In this document: positions 26,297 to 40,364 of the stretch, piece by piece
Position numbering within the stretch: position 1 is the stretch's first letter
Layout of the letters: each line of letters begins with the position of its first letter
Assembly (NCBI RefSeq): GCF_032191835.1
Contig: NC_083230.1
Span: forward strand, 73,532,001-73,596,000
Source: Heteronotia binoei
Lineage: Eukaryota
DNA: 64,000 nt
Direction of reading: 5' to 3'
The notes under the pieces: model-generated
Told to the model about the DNA's origin: nothing
Databases searched by the model: none
The model's input: only the letters and a program-made list of their open reading frames with translations
Program-made: the position numbers and the translations under genes

Positions 26297-26893
26297 GTCC
26301 TTTGAAATGCTCAGTTCATTAAAACTTTGCAAAATATCTTTTAAACAGAATCCAAATGACTCAACTGAGCTCAATATGCAGAAATTATATCAATGGTTCC
26401 AAAAAAAGGTCCACATTCAATGCTGTAATAAATTGGTAACATATCCTGCTGTCCGTACATCCCATTTCCTGATAGACGCAGGTGTATCATAATATTTGAA
26501 TAATGTAGAAGTTTTTTTATCAGGAGCCTGTGCTAAGGCAACAGCTCACATGCAATAGCTTACATCTCTGTTTGCACAATCGGTTCCTGATAAAAATACA
26601 GGCGGCCAGTAGAAGTGGCAAATGAAACACGAATTGAACCTTGGACTCGTGTAGCCATACCTATTGGATGGAGGACTGCTACTCTACATTATTCAAATAT
26701 CATGGTACACCTGCGTCTATCAGGAAACGGGATGTACAGACAGCAGGATATGTTACCAATTTATTACAGCATTGAATGTGGACTTTTTTGGAACCATTGA
26801 TATAATTTCTGCATATTGAGCTCAGTTGAGTCACCTGAATTCTGTTTAAAAGATATTTTGGAAAGTTTCAATGAACTGAGCATTTCAAAGGAC
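26297..26893. repeat. Long inverted repeat: arms 26297-26509 and 26683-26893, about 95% identical, 173-bp spacer
   Basis: Manual alignment gives about 9 substitutions and one 2-nt indel over about 212 bp. Confidence 0.9.
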
Positions 26894-27177
26894 CAGGTTT
26901 TTTTTTTAAAGTCTCCTTCTAGCATGGTCATGTTGTAAAGTGCATATATATGTATTTTATTTTTCTATGCAAATAAAGTATTGAGTTTTAATAGAGACAT
27001 GTGTGTGATATTTGTTCATGTCTTATTGCTCTCAAACATCTGACATTTATTCTTTGTGGCTCTTAGGTTAAACAGGTTTGGCTGGTATTATAACCCACTG
27101 ACATCCCTTCCCTCTCCAAACATCCATCCTCTTAGGGTTCTCAAGTTGTCCCTGGCCACCATTGGGGTATGGGGGGT

Positions 27178-27440
27178 AGGGTTGCTAGCTCCAGGTTGGG
27201 AAACCTCTGGAGATTTGGGAGTGAAGCCTGGGGACAACAGGGACCTCAGGGGGGTACAATGCCATAAAGCTCACTCTCCAAAGCATACATTTTCTCCAGG
27301 GGAACTGATCTCTGTCGTCTGGCAATGAGCTGTAATTCTGGGGAATCCCGAAGTCCCACTTGGAGGCTGGCATCTTTATACCCTCCCCAAACGCCACTCT
27401 CAAGTCCCCAGGTATTTCCTTATCTGGGGCTGGCAATCCT
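27178..27440. mobile_element. TAGGGTTGCCA-family short MITE
   Basis: tagggttgctag...tggcaatccta termini, with the internal motifs shared by copies at about 19790-20080, 47335, 55885, 57803 and 61690. Confidence 0.7.
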
Positions 27441-28229
27441 ATTAGGGAGGCAATTTTTTGTCGGATAGTCTGGCCGTTCATGAGCAGTGCGAGCAATTCA
27501 GCAGGTTACTTCCTTACATTCAAACAGTATAGTACAGTGAAATTGGCAGCATTTTGTGCATGCATGCTTCACACAACCTAATGGGCACTTTAATACTGTC
27601 TCCTCCCTCCCCCGAACAGACCTACTGTGGGCCTTCTGCAGCCCTTTGTTTATACACAGAGTCAGCAGGCTACAGGGTTATTTAAACATTTTAAAAAGGT
27701 ACATTATTTGTTCATTAAGTCCATGTTAGTGACATTTTTTTCACATGTGCATTTTAACGCAGCTGTATGGGAGTTGTAGTTATATTGACATCATTTAATG
27801 ACTTGATCAACCATCCATGATCCTGGATGCAAAAGAGGTTGTAAGAAAGAAGGAATTAAATGCCACCACCATAGCTACTGTGCAACAGCAAAGCTATTCA
27901 GCATACTGCTTGAGTTGGACACCAATGAAGCAAGATCTGAAGAGCTTAAAAAAAAAAAAAGTATGTTCACCTGCCAAATCTGACGTCACTCTGAACTCTG
28001 GGTGTCTCTCTGGGGGAAAAAACATCTAGATGAATTTCATGCTTATATGCTACTTTTTTGTCTGTATGGTTGTCAGTTATTGCTAATTACCAGTGTTGCC
28101 ATATGTTCAAAAATTGGATTACTTTAACCCCTTACTTGGTGTCATTGAAACTGTTGCAATCCAGATATTAAAGTTTCCACTTTTTGTGAATGTAAACATA
28201 ATTTAAAGACTCATACAATATTCTATTTC

Positions 28230-28305
28230 AGTAGACCAGAAATCTGCTTATGAGGCAGAGATGGCTTTAGTTGCACTAGTGGATGATTTATAGCTGGAAA
28301 GACAA
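28230..28305 (+). mobile_element. Short L2 RT remnant
   Basis: Translates ...YEAEMALVALVDDL, matching the L2 RT motif (H/Y)STETALVALVDDL. Confidence 0.5.
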
Positions 28306-29204
28306 TTTTTCCGTTTGATCCTAATATAGTTATTGTTCACTTTTGATATAGTTAATAATTCCAGCCTGTTGAACTATTTAGACTATGATTTTGGAGTGTA
28401 CAGCACAATCTGCTGCATTTTGTTTCCCTGTCAAATCAATGACAGAGAGAGTGATTCAGATTTGTGGGAACTTGAGGGTCCTTCAAGAATACTGTTTTTG
28501 CTAATCTTTGAATGAGATCATCCAAATCAGCAGGCTGCCATAAATATGTTGATGATTGCCAGCTCTGTAGTTTTATATCTAAGTTGCTTCCATGTATGAA
28601 ATTATTCAGATTTGTGGGGAAAAATTCCCACATGGAGGCAGACTGATATAGAACGACAGAGTTTCCTTGTATTAAAGGGGAATTGTCTACATGATATCAT
28701 GCTCATTCAGACACAATTTATGGCTTTCCTGGAGCTTTCCCCTTTATGCTGAAGGGGGGGGGGAGTTATTTTAATCATGCTTAGAGGTGCATCTTTGAAG
28801 CAGCTGTAGGAGAATATCTGCATGGAGACTCCCTCCATTTCCACTACTGGAAGGGGGAAGAAACTAAGCTCCACTTTCAGAATGGCATAAACAGTTCACT
28901 GCCCTATGCTGTTCCCCTTTTTAGCACTGAGCCATGGGAGAGATCTTGGCAAAACCACAAGGTACCAACTCACTGGGGGAAGAAGGAGAAGAGTGGGGGC
29001 AACAGCAAGAATGTGTGGTGGAGGGTCTGTATGTGGATGCTGTTCCCATGCCGCTTACTGCTGTTGCCATGCCAGAGGCATGTCTTTGTCTCCCATGTGG
29101 AATCAGTCAAAGCCTCCAGAAGCAACTCTTATCTTTCTTGAATTAGTATTTGGTCACTATGTTCATGCAGTAAAGAATAAACAAGCTGAAAATGATTCAG
29201 GTGG

Positions 29205-29460
29205 GCAGCCATGATGGTCTGAAGCAGTAGAAGACAAATTTTGAGTCCAGTGTCACCTTTAAGACCAACAAAAGTTTATTCAAAGTATGAGCTTTTGTAT
29301 GGAGGCACACTTCCTCAGATATACAGAAATGGAAGTTAATATTTCCTGCATACCTGAACATAGGTAAACAGCAAATTAACACACAACTTAATGAAGATGT
29401 TTCAAAATATGCAAAAATTAGATAGCAATAACAAGCTGAGTTTTCTAGGTCACAGTTTGG
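29205..29460. mobile_element. Penelope-like element fragment
   Basis: gagtccagtgtcacctttaagaccaacaaaagtttattcaaag...cacacttcctcagata is the same terminus family as 50790-50950. Penelope assignment is from memory of squamate repeats. Confidence 0.55.
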
Positions 29461-30143
29461 ATTTAATTACAGGGGAAAAACAGTGGAAGAATAAATTTGT
29501 CAAAGTAGGAGACTAATATGTAAAAATATCTTAATTGTTAAGAGTTGCACTGTGTGTGCCAAGGTGGTTCCATTTGCCTTTCCTGTGAGAGGCTAGCACC
29601 TTCAGAACCATTCTGACATGGTGAGCAAAGCCAGCTGGCTTTCTGAGGTGGGGGCTGCCCTGGCACACAGTTTAGGCATGGAGCCAGAGGAAACCCCCCT
29701 GGATACAGTGGGATTAAAGAAAAAAGATCTCTGGTTCTAGAAGGTGTCATCCACAGAACAGGGCAAAAAGGAATGCTGGGGAAGCAGCCCACAAAAATGG
29801 CCTTCCCATTATGAGATCCCATTCAGAGGGTGCGCTGGGAATATAACCAAGGGCACTGCCTCAGGACCCAGTGAAGGTTCACCCACACCCTGGGTTGTTC
29901 TGCCTATGTAGAAGGGGTCCCAATTCTCCTCTAGGCTCAGTTGAGCATTTGGTTGCCAACAGTCCAGTAAGGAGACCGTTAACTCCCACTCAGCTGCATG
30001 CTCCAAGTAAACCCTTCTCCCCATACAGCATTCTCACAATGCGTACTCACATTTCAGTTATTCTTTTTGCCCCCTTCTAGATTTATAGTGCCCACAAACC
30101 ATCTGACTAATACTTATGGGAAGATTTCATACAAGGCTTTCAG

Positions 30144-30246
30144 ATTCACTGCAGGAGTCCCTGGATGGACACTGATGCACATTACTTCAAATCCATTCAG
30201 GGAACAGGAGCTAAAATAGCCAAGGAACGCCTAACAGGGGATGGTG
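30144..30246 (+). CDS. Candidate coding exon (IHCRSPWMDTDAHYFKSIQGTGAKIAKERLTGDG)
   Basis: Acceptor ggctttcag at 30143 and donor GTG|gtaaac. A stronger acceptor at 30080 is in the same frame but includes a TAA at 30108-30110. Confidence 0.3.
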
Positions 30247-30269
30247 GTAAACTTTTAGGCCCTTCCTTG

Positions 30270-30620
30270 CAGGGTTGCCTGGTCATACCTGGCAGCCAGA
30301 GGGGGATATACTTTGTATGTGCTTTGCACACTCGGTTTAATGATGTCACCCAGAAGTGACATTATTGCACCAGGCACATTGGGGGAGGGGAGCCCTAGCA
30401 TTATGATTATCATAAAGTTTTTTTTCCAAATGATGTAATGTCCTCACCAGCAATGTGCCTGGTGCAATAATGTCACTTCCAGGTGACATCATTATGCTGG
30501 GCATGTTGTGGAGTGCCATTGCTCTTCAGGGCTGGGGCTCCCCTGTTGGCTAGTTCTATGGTGATGGGATGGAGGCCCTGAAATAGGGGGAACCCCTGCC
30601 CCCAGAGGGAGGCTGAAAAC
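30270..30620. mobile_element. hAT-type MITE with internal 42-bp inverted repeat (about 30340-30492)
   Basis: cagggttgcc start; atgatgtcacccagaagtgacattattgcaccaggcacattg pairs with caatgtgcctggtgcaataatgtcacttccaggtgacatcat. Confidence 0.65.
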
Positions 30621-30989
30621 CGTACTTCCTTGAATGGGCCCTAGTTTAGAGGCTGAGGGACAGCCATGTCACCTGCTACCTTAATTTCCAGTTGATGGGC
30701 CCAGAGGACTCTTAATAATTATACCAAATCACTCCAGGTCTTCTTCAGCTTGGACAGAGAGGTAAGCGTCCTGTTAGAAGAGGGGAAGACAGAGGGCACC
30801 ACCATCAGCTCACATATCTCACCATAGAGCTTGACTCTGCTGTGGGGTCATCTAGGTTGTCAGAGATTTGATGGTGGAGTCAGGCAAGCTGCCTGCCTCC
30901 TATTCTGTTTAGGCAGTGGCTGGGCAGCATAGTGCAGGCGGTGTATAGTGGGCTCCCTGTGTGGCCAAAAAGGAGATTCTGGGGTTGAC

Positions 30990-31115
30990 AGGGGGCAGGT
31001 CAGCCAACCTCAGGGCTGACATATTGGGCACACCCCAGGAGAATGGTGATGACTAAAAATACCGGGTTCTACAGCCCTAATAGGGGGCAGGACAGCCAAC
31101 CTCAGGGCTGACATA
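30990..31115 (+). repeat. 34-bp direct repeat (30990-31023 and 31082-31115)
   Basis: agggggcagg(t/a)cagccaacctcagggctgacata, 33/34 identical. Confidence 0.85.
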
Positions 31116-32427
31116 CTGCCCTTAGTTACCTTAACAGGCAAGTTTGGGAAGGTGCTGACAGCGCTTGGGCTGTCAACCACACCCACTTTCCCCAGCCTAT
31201 GCTGCATCAAGACTTGAGGAACCTGTAATCAAAAAAGTTGTGATCTATGTAGTCTCTCTCACCAGTTGTGATCTATGTAGTCTCTCTCACCATGGTCTGG
31301 TCCTCACTCCAGGCACAAAAAGTATTATATGGGGTATGTTTTTCAATTTTACTGTTAATTTGGTGCAGCTCCTTGCATCTTTGTCTACAAAATGTTAACT
31401 CTAAAGAGTTAAAAAATAAATAAAGTGCAGATACTTTATTCAGAGTTCCTCAAACATTCTGTAGGCAGTATAAGTGGTTGCCTATGGCAACAAACCATTT
31501 AGAGACTATTTGTTTTATCAGTTTATTGTATGATGGATTGTGGGCTGTAAAGGGAGGCTGTTTTCTAGCTTATCTATGCTTGCCTTTAGTCTGCTTTTCT
31601 GCTTTCTAAAAGAAGCATCCCATACTGAACCCTTCAAGGGAAACTCACTTTCCAAACAGTGAGATTTATGATAATTGATTAGGTGATCTGTAATGTTAAT
31701 TTTGTATCAAACAACAGAACATTCAGTTAGGACATTTCCAGGAATGGACCATTTATTTGGAGATAATTGGGAGAGGGTGAAAATTTTTTCTTAGCTTATT
31801 AAATGAATTTTCCTTGTGTCCATGCAATGTATTAAAAATACTGTTCTTCAAGTAGAACACAATATGAACTTAAAATATTCATTTTTGATTGTTATGGCTT
31901 AAAATTGCTACCAGTCAGCAGGTTTGTCAGTCAAATGTAATTTGTCATAGCATAATGGTTCTCAGAAAAAAAGAGGCAGGAAAAAAATACTTGCTTTTCA
32001 AAAAAACAAATACAGGAGGACAGAAATCTCTTGTCCATAAGGAAACAGGAGAGAAGCCTGTGTTTTCATTAAGATCTCAAATTTGGAAAATTTAATTTTT
32101 TATTTTCTGTTTAAAGAAAATAGAAGAAAAGAAGACACACATAGCATTTTAATCCACCATCATTTTCCAGCAAGCATCAGATTCCTCAGAGAAGGGATCA
32201 AAGATCATTTCTAGATTACAAAAGACAGGACCTCTCAATTGCTTCACACTTTATAGAGTATGAAGGCTGGATTTTGTATTCCCACCCTCTGTACTGTGTA
32301 ACAGCAACACATGACTTGCATGTTCTCCTCAATTCCTATGCATGTGGTGCTTAACTTGGATTGCAATCCTAGATCCAACATGTGTATTCCATAATGTGTA
32401 AAGAGAGTTTTAGAAACACTGGAAGTT

Positions 32428-32907
32428 AAGGGCTGCCAGGTCCAACTCAGGAAATATCTGGGGAGCCAGAAGCAAGGTAGTGACAAGCATGATTGAACTC
32501 TGAAAGGAGTTCTGGCCATCACATTTAAAGGCACTACACACTTTTTAAATGCCTTCCTTCTATTGGAAATAATGGAGGATGAAAGCACCTTCTTTGGGGG
32601 CTCATAGAATTGGACCCCCTCATCCAATCTTTTTGAAACTGGGGGGGGGTGTTAAGGAGGGGTACCAAATACTATGCTAAACATTTTGTGCCTCTGCCTC
32701 AAAAAACAGCCCCCTCCCCCGTAGAGCCCCAAATATCCACAGCTTGATTCTCCATTATACCCTATAGGGACTGATCTGCATAGGGTACAATAAAATGCCC
32801 AGAAAATATTCAACTCTGCCCCCCCTCCACTTTCTGATAACCCTGAAGCTGGAGGAGGGTCCCAAACCAGAGAATCTCCTACCCCCAACTGGGGACTGGC
32901 AACCCTA
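32428..32907. mobile_element. TAGGGTTGCCA-family hAT MITE (long form)
   Basis: Collinear with 6100-6508+11040-11146 and with the reverse complement of 19180-19660. Confidence 0.82.
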
Positions 32908-35900
32908 CAGGTACCCTACGTTTCATGGCTAAGAGGTGCTATTTTGTGATCAAATTGTTAATTATTGTATGTACTCATTTAAGACCTTTTAAAATTATTG
33001 CTATTAATGTCATCCCTAAGTTCCCAGGTATTTCCTGATTTGGACCTGGCAACTCTAGTAGTAGCCCATTACAAAGAAATCCCATAACATGTCTATGATG
33101 ATCTTTTCTTGGGTGCTCCTTTCTTTTTTTTAAGTCTAAAATGCAAGAAGGTGAATGACTGCATTTACTAATCTATTTCCATAATTTATATCCATTTTAT
33201 CAAAAAGTGAAATATATTAACTGAATTAAAATATCACAAAGAAATACTGGCATCAAACACTGGCATCAACCAGAATCTTTCACAGAACATCATGTCTCTT
33301 CAGTTTCTTAAGCTGTGCTGTATAAAATGAATGATTACTTAAACTGTTTGTACATCAGCAAAATATTTATAATATTTTCAAAGTGCATAATTTTCATCCC
33401 TTCCGCTTTTCTCTAGGCATATGGTAGAGTGCACTGCATCAGTTTTAACTAAAAGAACTTTCCCCACTCACTTTTCTTTGACTCTAAGCCACAGTGGAAG
33501 TCAAGATATAGTGGGAGGGGATGACAGTGCAGATTTGTAAAAATTGCTATTGCTTATACAGAATTTCAGCCTTCAGTTAGAAACACTATAGGCTATTTTT
33601 GAAATATTTTTTTGGACTAAGGAAAATGCAAGTGCATCAGGACTAGGCATAGGTATAAAAAAAAAGTCACAAACTACAAATATGTATTGAAAACTCAAGG
33701 GTCAAACAATCTAACAGGAGGATCCAAACATGCGGTGAATTTCAATATTGCATTATTTGACATGATCCTGGAGCAACAAGTATGATTTGCCTAGCTAAGT
33801 ACATACAAAAGATGGCAGTAATAACCCACAACAAACAGGAAATGAAGGACTGATAAAAGCAGTGACAGGATATAGAGAGCAGAAGAAATGTCTTTCCAGA
33901 ATTACCAAGTTTTCAGTTTTTGTAGATTAACCTGAACATCATAGAGATGTAGGGACATAGAGGAAAAATTTCATTGTTCCATTCAGTCTTCCCCTTCCTT
34001 TATATCAGCTGGTGATGTGCTCAGGAAGCAAAGTTTTAAAAAAAAGCCTCAGATTTTCTTTTTTATTATCTCCACAACAGCTTTCTCAAAATGAATTTCA
34101 TATGACGCAAAACCACTCTACCTAGCCTACAAGCTATAATGCAACTCCATATATTTGCTGCTCAGCCCCATCACGAAAAAAATGTCAAGATAGCACACAT
34201 ATTCAGTTCCTTAGCAACATAATGAAAAAATAATTTGGAACATTGTACATATGTGTGGGAACAGTCTCCCTATTCTCTGTCATCCACAAGCTTCAATTGC
34301 ATTGTAAGTATTTGATTCTGCTTCTTTACCAGGAGAAATGAGAGAATGTATTTAAAGATTTGAAGTGTGTGTGTGCGCGTGTAAATATATATATGTCTGT
34401 GTGTGTGTAAATGCACTGCATTCATCTTTTTAAATGCTTAATGCAAAATGTTTGCAGTTTGAAGCTTCTTTGCTGTCAGTCTGAGTACTGGTTAATGGTG
34501 ATGCTCACTTTTCTATACCTGGCTATAATGAGCTCACCCTAGAAAGCAGACAATTGAGCAGGGTCAGCAGTAGGCCTGAATCTGAGACTTGTGGATATGA
34601 AAAAAAGACCATAAGTATCTAGACAGCAAAAATAGAAAATATCACAGAATGTGTGAGTGACATGTGGTTATCTCTGAAGGCAATTTGCTAGCTGTTCCTT
34701 TAAATTATAAGAACATTAAAGTCTCTGAAGGACAGAAATAGAAGTCCTGGATGAAACAAATGAAGTCTTTTAAAGAATTCAATAAAATCTTTCAACAGTA
34801 CAACAATAGTTCAAAGATATTCAGGGAGAGTCTTTTGTGTTTCAAAAAGGAATTTGTGGGCAAAGTGAGAGGAAATATATATCCAGTTCAGCATCATGCT
34901 GCTGTGACTTTGGCTTAATTATTACTTTGCTGTACTGAAGTAAAGCAGCATGAAACATGTAGTTTCATGTAACGAAGGCAGACCTTTCAGTCATCATAAA
35001 TACTGAGTCCAGGATTGCATGGAATAATAGCAGACTATTGCTTCTTGGCCTTTTGGAGAAGATCAGGTGCAGTTGGCAGACCAGTGAAGGAAGTGAAATC
35101 ATTACATTTCAGGAGCTAGGTTCTGGTTCTGGTTCTGCTTCAACTGAGGTTGCTCTGTTTGTTCACTTTCTCACTCTATGAGAGCATCTTCTCCTTGCTT
35201 ACATATTCTATTAACCTCCCTAGAGCATCATGTTCCTAAACTTGGTCAGTAGACGGTTTCTGATGCACTGCTGGGTCCCTTCAGACCTCAGTTTCTACAG
35301 ATGTACCCTGGTTATATGTTGTAATAAAGATATATGGTGGTCAAAGATTACAAAAAGAAAGGGTTTCAATACCTTTTAAAAGCAATCTACTATAACTGAG
35401 AACAACTGTATGGAGGAGGCATTGTGCAACATTTATTCTCCCCTCCTCTTTAGTTGCCACCAGACTACAGTGACATGTAGTCTTCAGACTTCGGACATTG
35501 TTTTTTCACAACCTAAATCCTGTTCATGCAACAACAAATGTGCAATGAGCAGGCCTCAGATTCAGTTGGAGCTCACAGGAGCACAGCTCCTGAACCTTTC
35601 TGAAAGTTCCACCTCCTCCTTCTGAGAGTTCCACCTCCTTGTTATTGAATAGTATGTGCAGAAGCATAACAATCCCTGGATGAGCTCCACCACCTATTTT
35701 CTGCAAAATGACCCTGGGCAATGAGTATGTGAAAAGTGGAAACAAGATCATAGCAGCAGGATCCACCCCTGACTTCCATATATTTAATGAAGGTCTGAAT
35801 ATAGCCCCATGCAATATGCACATGTACTCATTTACATAATTCAAACCCTGCTTGAGATAAGGTACCTAACTGCACCTGTGCTTACACATATATACTGATA

Positions 35901-37119
35901 TGCACATAGGATTCTGTTCAGACATTCCACTGAACACATGAAAGTCTATAATGGGTTTTTTTACCATTTACTTTGTTACTGTCATTGAATATCTTCTTAA
36001 CTGTATCTACCAAGATCCTCTGGCAATAAATTATGTAACTAACTAAATCTCATTAAATGTGGATGACTAATTCAAGACATTTTAATGTTCACATCTATAG
36101 GAAGTACTCCAAAACCATTGTAGATAATTTTATACATTAAATAACAGAAAAGGAACTAATTTTGTACTTGAAATAACTGAAAAGAAACTAATTCCTAGGT
36201 CTAACGGGAAAACAATATTTTTATTGTGGAATATACATGCTCAGGGCAGCAGAAACTATCTTTTCTCAGGCTTATGAGAATAGCAATAGCAGAACCATAG
36301 TATTAGAGAAGTTCTCCAGGAAACCACGCCCCCCCAGCAAAATATAGATTTCTGGAACTTCTGCATAATTCACTGGTTTGAAAAGATGTCACTTCTTTTA
36401 GGGCTTTGTGTCATTGTGTCATACATTGGAATATTCAGACCATTAGAAAACAGGAAAAAATGAAGTAAAAAGAGCCAGTGACATATACCACAAACAATTA
36501 TATGACAAGAAGAGAACTGAAGAGTCATCCTTTAAAGATGTTTTTCATAGCAGCACACTTCTGAGTCCCGGCACTGTTTTACATAGAATATTTCAAAATT
36601 CATTTTCAAATTCTGCGTATGTCCTGGATCCATCCAGTACACCATTTCCATGGGCAGAAGGGTTTCCACATGTGGAGTTCAACCTTTTTGTCTGCCCTTG
36701 TCTGGCTTTCTATCTGTACTCTGAAATGAGCCCTGAAATGCTTCTCCTGAAGGAGAAAGGACAGTCAGGAGCAGCATTTCAGGCAGCATCTTGGGCTATT
36801 ACAAGATAGGAAAGACAGTCATGCTTTATGGATGGAAATCTCAGCTATGAAAACACTGTTGGACCCAAGCCAGTATCATTTAAAAAAAAAAAAAGAAAAG
36901 AAACTGTTGCAGTTGTAATAGGAGAGCCAAGCTAAATGCAACACTGGTGAAATCTGTGGGCTTTCCTGCATACTTGACTTACTCCTGGCTTTCTTGGCAG
37001 TTTATCTACAAACATTAGAATTCGGTTGGGCACAATTTGTCCACACATCTGTCATCCCTCTACATTTTCACAGTTATGGAGTCAGTTTATTTTTGTCTTC
37101 ACATGCCTTCAATAACCAG

Positions 37120-37221
37120 GATTTTCAAGGGAATGTGCTGTTGTCATTGGTGGCATCATCGGCAACATCACAGCACCCATCTTTTCATCTTGTGTGCATG
37201 GTTATATATTGATATACTCTG
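37120..37221 (+). CDS. Candidate coding exon (GFSRECAVVIGGIIGNITAPIFSSCVHGYILIYS)
   Basis: Acceptor tttttgtcttcacatgccttcaataaccag, donor CTG|gtaatg, 102 nt, symmetric phase 1-1, open. Confidence 0.3.
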
Positions 37222-38986
37222 GTAATGATACATCAAGAAGGTTCTCTAATTCCCAGCTTTTAAAAAAAGTCTCTAGCACTTTTCCTTTTGTAAATATGTC
37301 TTTTTTCTTATCAGGGCTTTTTTTCCTGGGGAAATGCAGTGGAATGGAGTTCCAGAACCTCTTAATGGATGCAAAATCCTTTCAAAAATGTTTAAAATAT
37401 ATCAATATTTTAGTGCCTTTTTAAAAAATAAAATAAAAAATGAAAGATGACAACAGCCCAATCATCAAAAAGTGGGCTGGAGGTGTGAAGGAAGTTGGTG
37501 GGACAACCAAAAGAAACATTGTACACAGGGAAACAAGCAACTAAAAATCAGTTTCTAGAAAAAGATTGGTGTAAAAGTAGTCTCAAAAGACTGCTAAGTA
37601 AATTCACCATCTGTATAATAGCACCAGCATATTAATATTAATTTTATCGTTTTAGAATTTTAATAGAATTTTAATTAAACTGTTTAAATTAGTCTGTTTA
37701 AATATACTGTACAATGAATGTATTGATTTGTGTTGTTAGCCGCCCTGAGCCTGCTTCGTCGGGGAGGGCAGGATATAAATAACATCATGATGATGATGAT
37801 GATAATGATGAAAAGAAACAGAACCCCCTCTGAGGGGGGACAAAAAACCTTAAGGAAAAACTTAAAGACACAAAAATGTGTACAGAAAACAGGATAAACT
37901 GCAGCAGTATGGGGCCAGAATTGATAGGAGTGGAGAACCATGCAGAAAAACCCTGTAATCAGTCACACCCAATTTTTTAAAAGATAAATTTTCTATTGAA
38001 CCCCCCCCCCCGCCACACCCACACACACACACACACACCCTGTTACTTTAGCTCTTGAAAGGGTTCTGAATGACACTTCCTTCAGCTGCAATTGGAGAAA
38101 GTGCTGGGAAAATCTGTTCATGAATATATTCATGGCCCTGAGATGAATATTATTTGACATACTTTTTTTGTCTAAGTGAAAATACAAGAATTCTTCCATT
38201 TGAGTATTTCATAAACTATGGGTTTGCACTTGTGAAAATTATTAACTGTGTAATTTTGGAAAGATATAAAGTGGGGGCTATATTAACTACATATTAAGAA
38301 CATTCTGAAATTTATTTGAGGCATACAAAGAAAAATCAAGGTGATACACTATTCAATACAGTATGCAAATATTAAATATGTTGAAAGATTTGGGTTGTGC
38401 TTTAGTTTTCTCTACTTTTCTTTTTAAAAGGCAACAAGTAGCTTTCAAATGAGGAGACTAAAAGTATGTCCATATTATTATGCTTGTTAGAGGCCTAAGG
38501 CACATGGAACTATTTCATTAGGAAAATTCCCACATGTTTACCTTATGGAGATGTCACATTTGAGTATTAATATTCTTCCAGCAAACATAAATTAGGCACA
38601 TTAAAATCGTTACAGTTTATGAAACCCCTTTATTTCACTTCGCCCTATTTTAGGATTAACACTGACTGAGATGTTTATAAAATGCATAAATGGATTAACT
38701 TACATTAATTAATTCAACATCCCAGATTTTTTTCACAAGGTCCATCGACGTATAACCATTTATCAGAAAGGGTTTGATGTAGTCACCCAGTTCCAGGGAA
38801 TCTAGCCACTCTGCTACAGAGGTGGGGTGGTAGCCATCATTGCCTATTTGTTTCATCTGAAATATAAACATGTCATATAATTTAAGACCTTATTGGTTAA
38901 TACAAGAAAATAAAACACCTTTCCACACAATCTGAAAACTCTATAGTTCTCTAAATGCAGTTTTTATTCCAGACCATTAGTGACCA

Positions 38987-39097
38987 AATATTTTATTGTT
39001 AATTTCACTTTGCCTATCTGTCTACAACTGGTAGTGGTCCTCAGTGTATTGATTATTCTTTTGATAGGATCTTATTTGAACGTGGCCTCTCATTCCA
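38987..39097 (+). repeat. 111-bp direct repeat, copy 1 (copy 2 at 47730-47840)
   Basis: 107/111 identical by manual alignment; flanks unrelated. Confidence 0.92.
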
Positions 39098-39359
39098 TCA
39101 TTAAGCAGTCCATGCTGCTCCTTCACAACACCTCCCATGACTGACCTCCAAGTTTTCCAAATTTTTATTGTACTGTATGCTGTCCCTGCAAAAAAATGAG
39201 GTAAAGCTACCAACAGCACTATGAAAAAGTAAAAAGTTCAGACTAATAATGTTGCTACTGAACTTCAGAAAGGTTAATTGAAGTCTGACTCAACACATTT
39301 CAGTGGATCTGTATTGCTAAGTCACAGACATTTATTTATTTATATTTGTTCAAACTTTT

Positions 39360-39539
39360 GGTTCGGCCCTTCCCCAGCCAAGCCGGCTCGCCGGCGCTCA
39401 GGCTGGGGGCCGTCTTTGCCCCCTCGGAAGGAGGGAGGAGCAACGTCACCCGACATACGGGTCTTTGCTTGGGCGCGGAGTTGGGGCTATATAAGCCCTG
39501 GCTCCCGCCCTTCACCACGCAGTTTGTTTTGGCTCTCTG
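39360..39539 (+). repeat. Ngaro repeat A1 (180 bp, contains TATA box)
   Basis: 174/180 identical to A2 (45444-45623). Confidence 0.93.
39488..39494 (+). promoter_or_regulatory. TATA box of the Ngaro A repeat (second copy at 45572-45578)
   Basis: GGGCTATATAAGCC in GC-rich context near the 3' end of repeat A, upstream of the ORFs. Confidence 0.7.
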
Positions 39540-40364
39540 AACGAGAGCCACGTGCGGGTCGCGGTGCGGACGAGGCCTGATCGCGGCGAGGGACTGCGTT
39601 GAGCGCGTGCGGCGGCTCCTTTGCGCTCAGCGAGGACGCGTGCGGCGGCTATTCGGCGCTGGTGAGGCTGAGCATCCTTTTGTCTTTCAACTGTGTTGCC
39701 TGGGGTGGTTAGCGGCCGGGAGGCCGGAGCAGGCAAAGCGAGCGCGGCGGCCACCAGCATACCCCTGGCCCCTGGGCTCTTAGGGGCCGGTTTTAGGGTG
39801 GCAATTTCAGGGGGCAGTGAGCTGCTGCCACTCTCTCTTTCCCCTTGGAGCCGAGGGAAGCGCGCAGCGGCCCCTTTCAGCGGGCGGTTCGCAAGTGGGG
39901 GGCCAGTTTAAAGCATTTGCCTTTTCATTGAGGGCATAGGGCGTCGTTAGAGTGGGCTGCAGCCATTTTGGGCCCATTGGAAGCTGAGCTGCTCCCTTGG
40001 TGTGGGTCTGGCTTGGAGGGAACCTGGTGGGGGCAGATAATTACCTAACCCCCCCCCCCCTCAGGCTGGGCAGCCTGAGCCTACCTTCCCTGGTTGCTGG
40101 AGGCAACGTTGTGCTGGGGCTCGTTTTTCCAGTCACCCCCCTCCCTTCCCCTTTGGGTGCAGGGTGCCTGTGGTCCCTAGGGCAGCTGCTTTGGGGCCGG
40201 GCTGGGCCTTTGGCCTTCGGATTGGGTGTCTGGGGGACACTCCTTTACTGTAACCTTCCTACCACCACACCATCTGGTGGTGGGGGAGCGCAGAGGGAAT
40301 CTTTGAGTGACTGGGGGCAGCAGACACTGCTATTTTGCAGCCTGTGCTTATAGAAGCATATAAG

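Noticed and set aside
38987-39219. Minus-strand terminal exon ...GMRGHVQIRSYQKNNQYTEDHYQL* followed by AATAAA (also at 47730-47900)
   Set aside because: No recognisable protein, and the plus strand of copy 2 has a stronger donor signal. The two readings cannot be separated without expression data.
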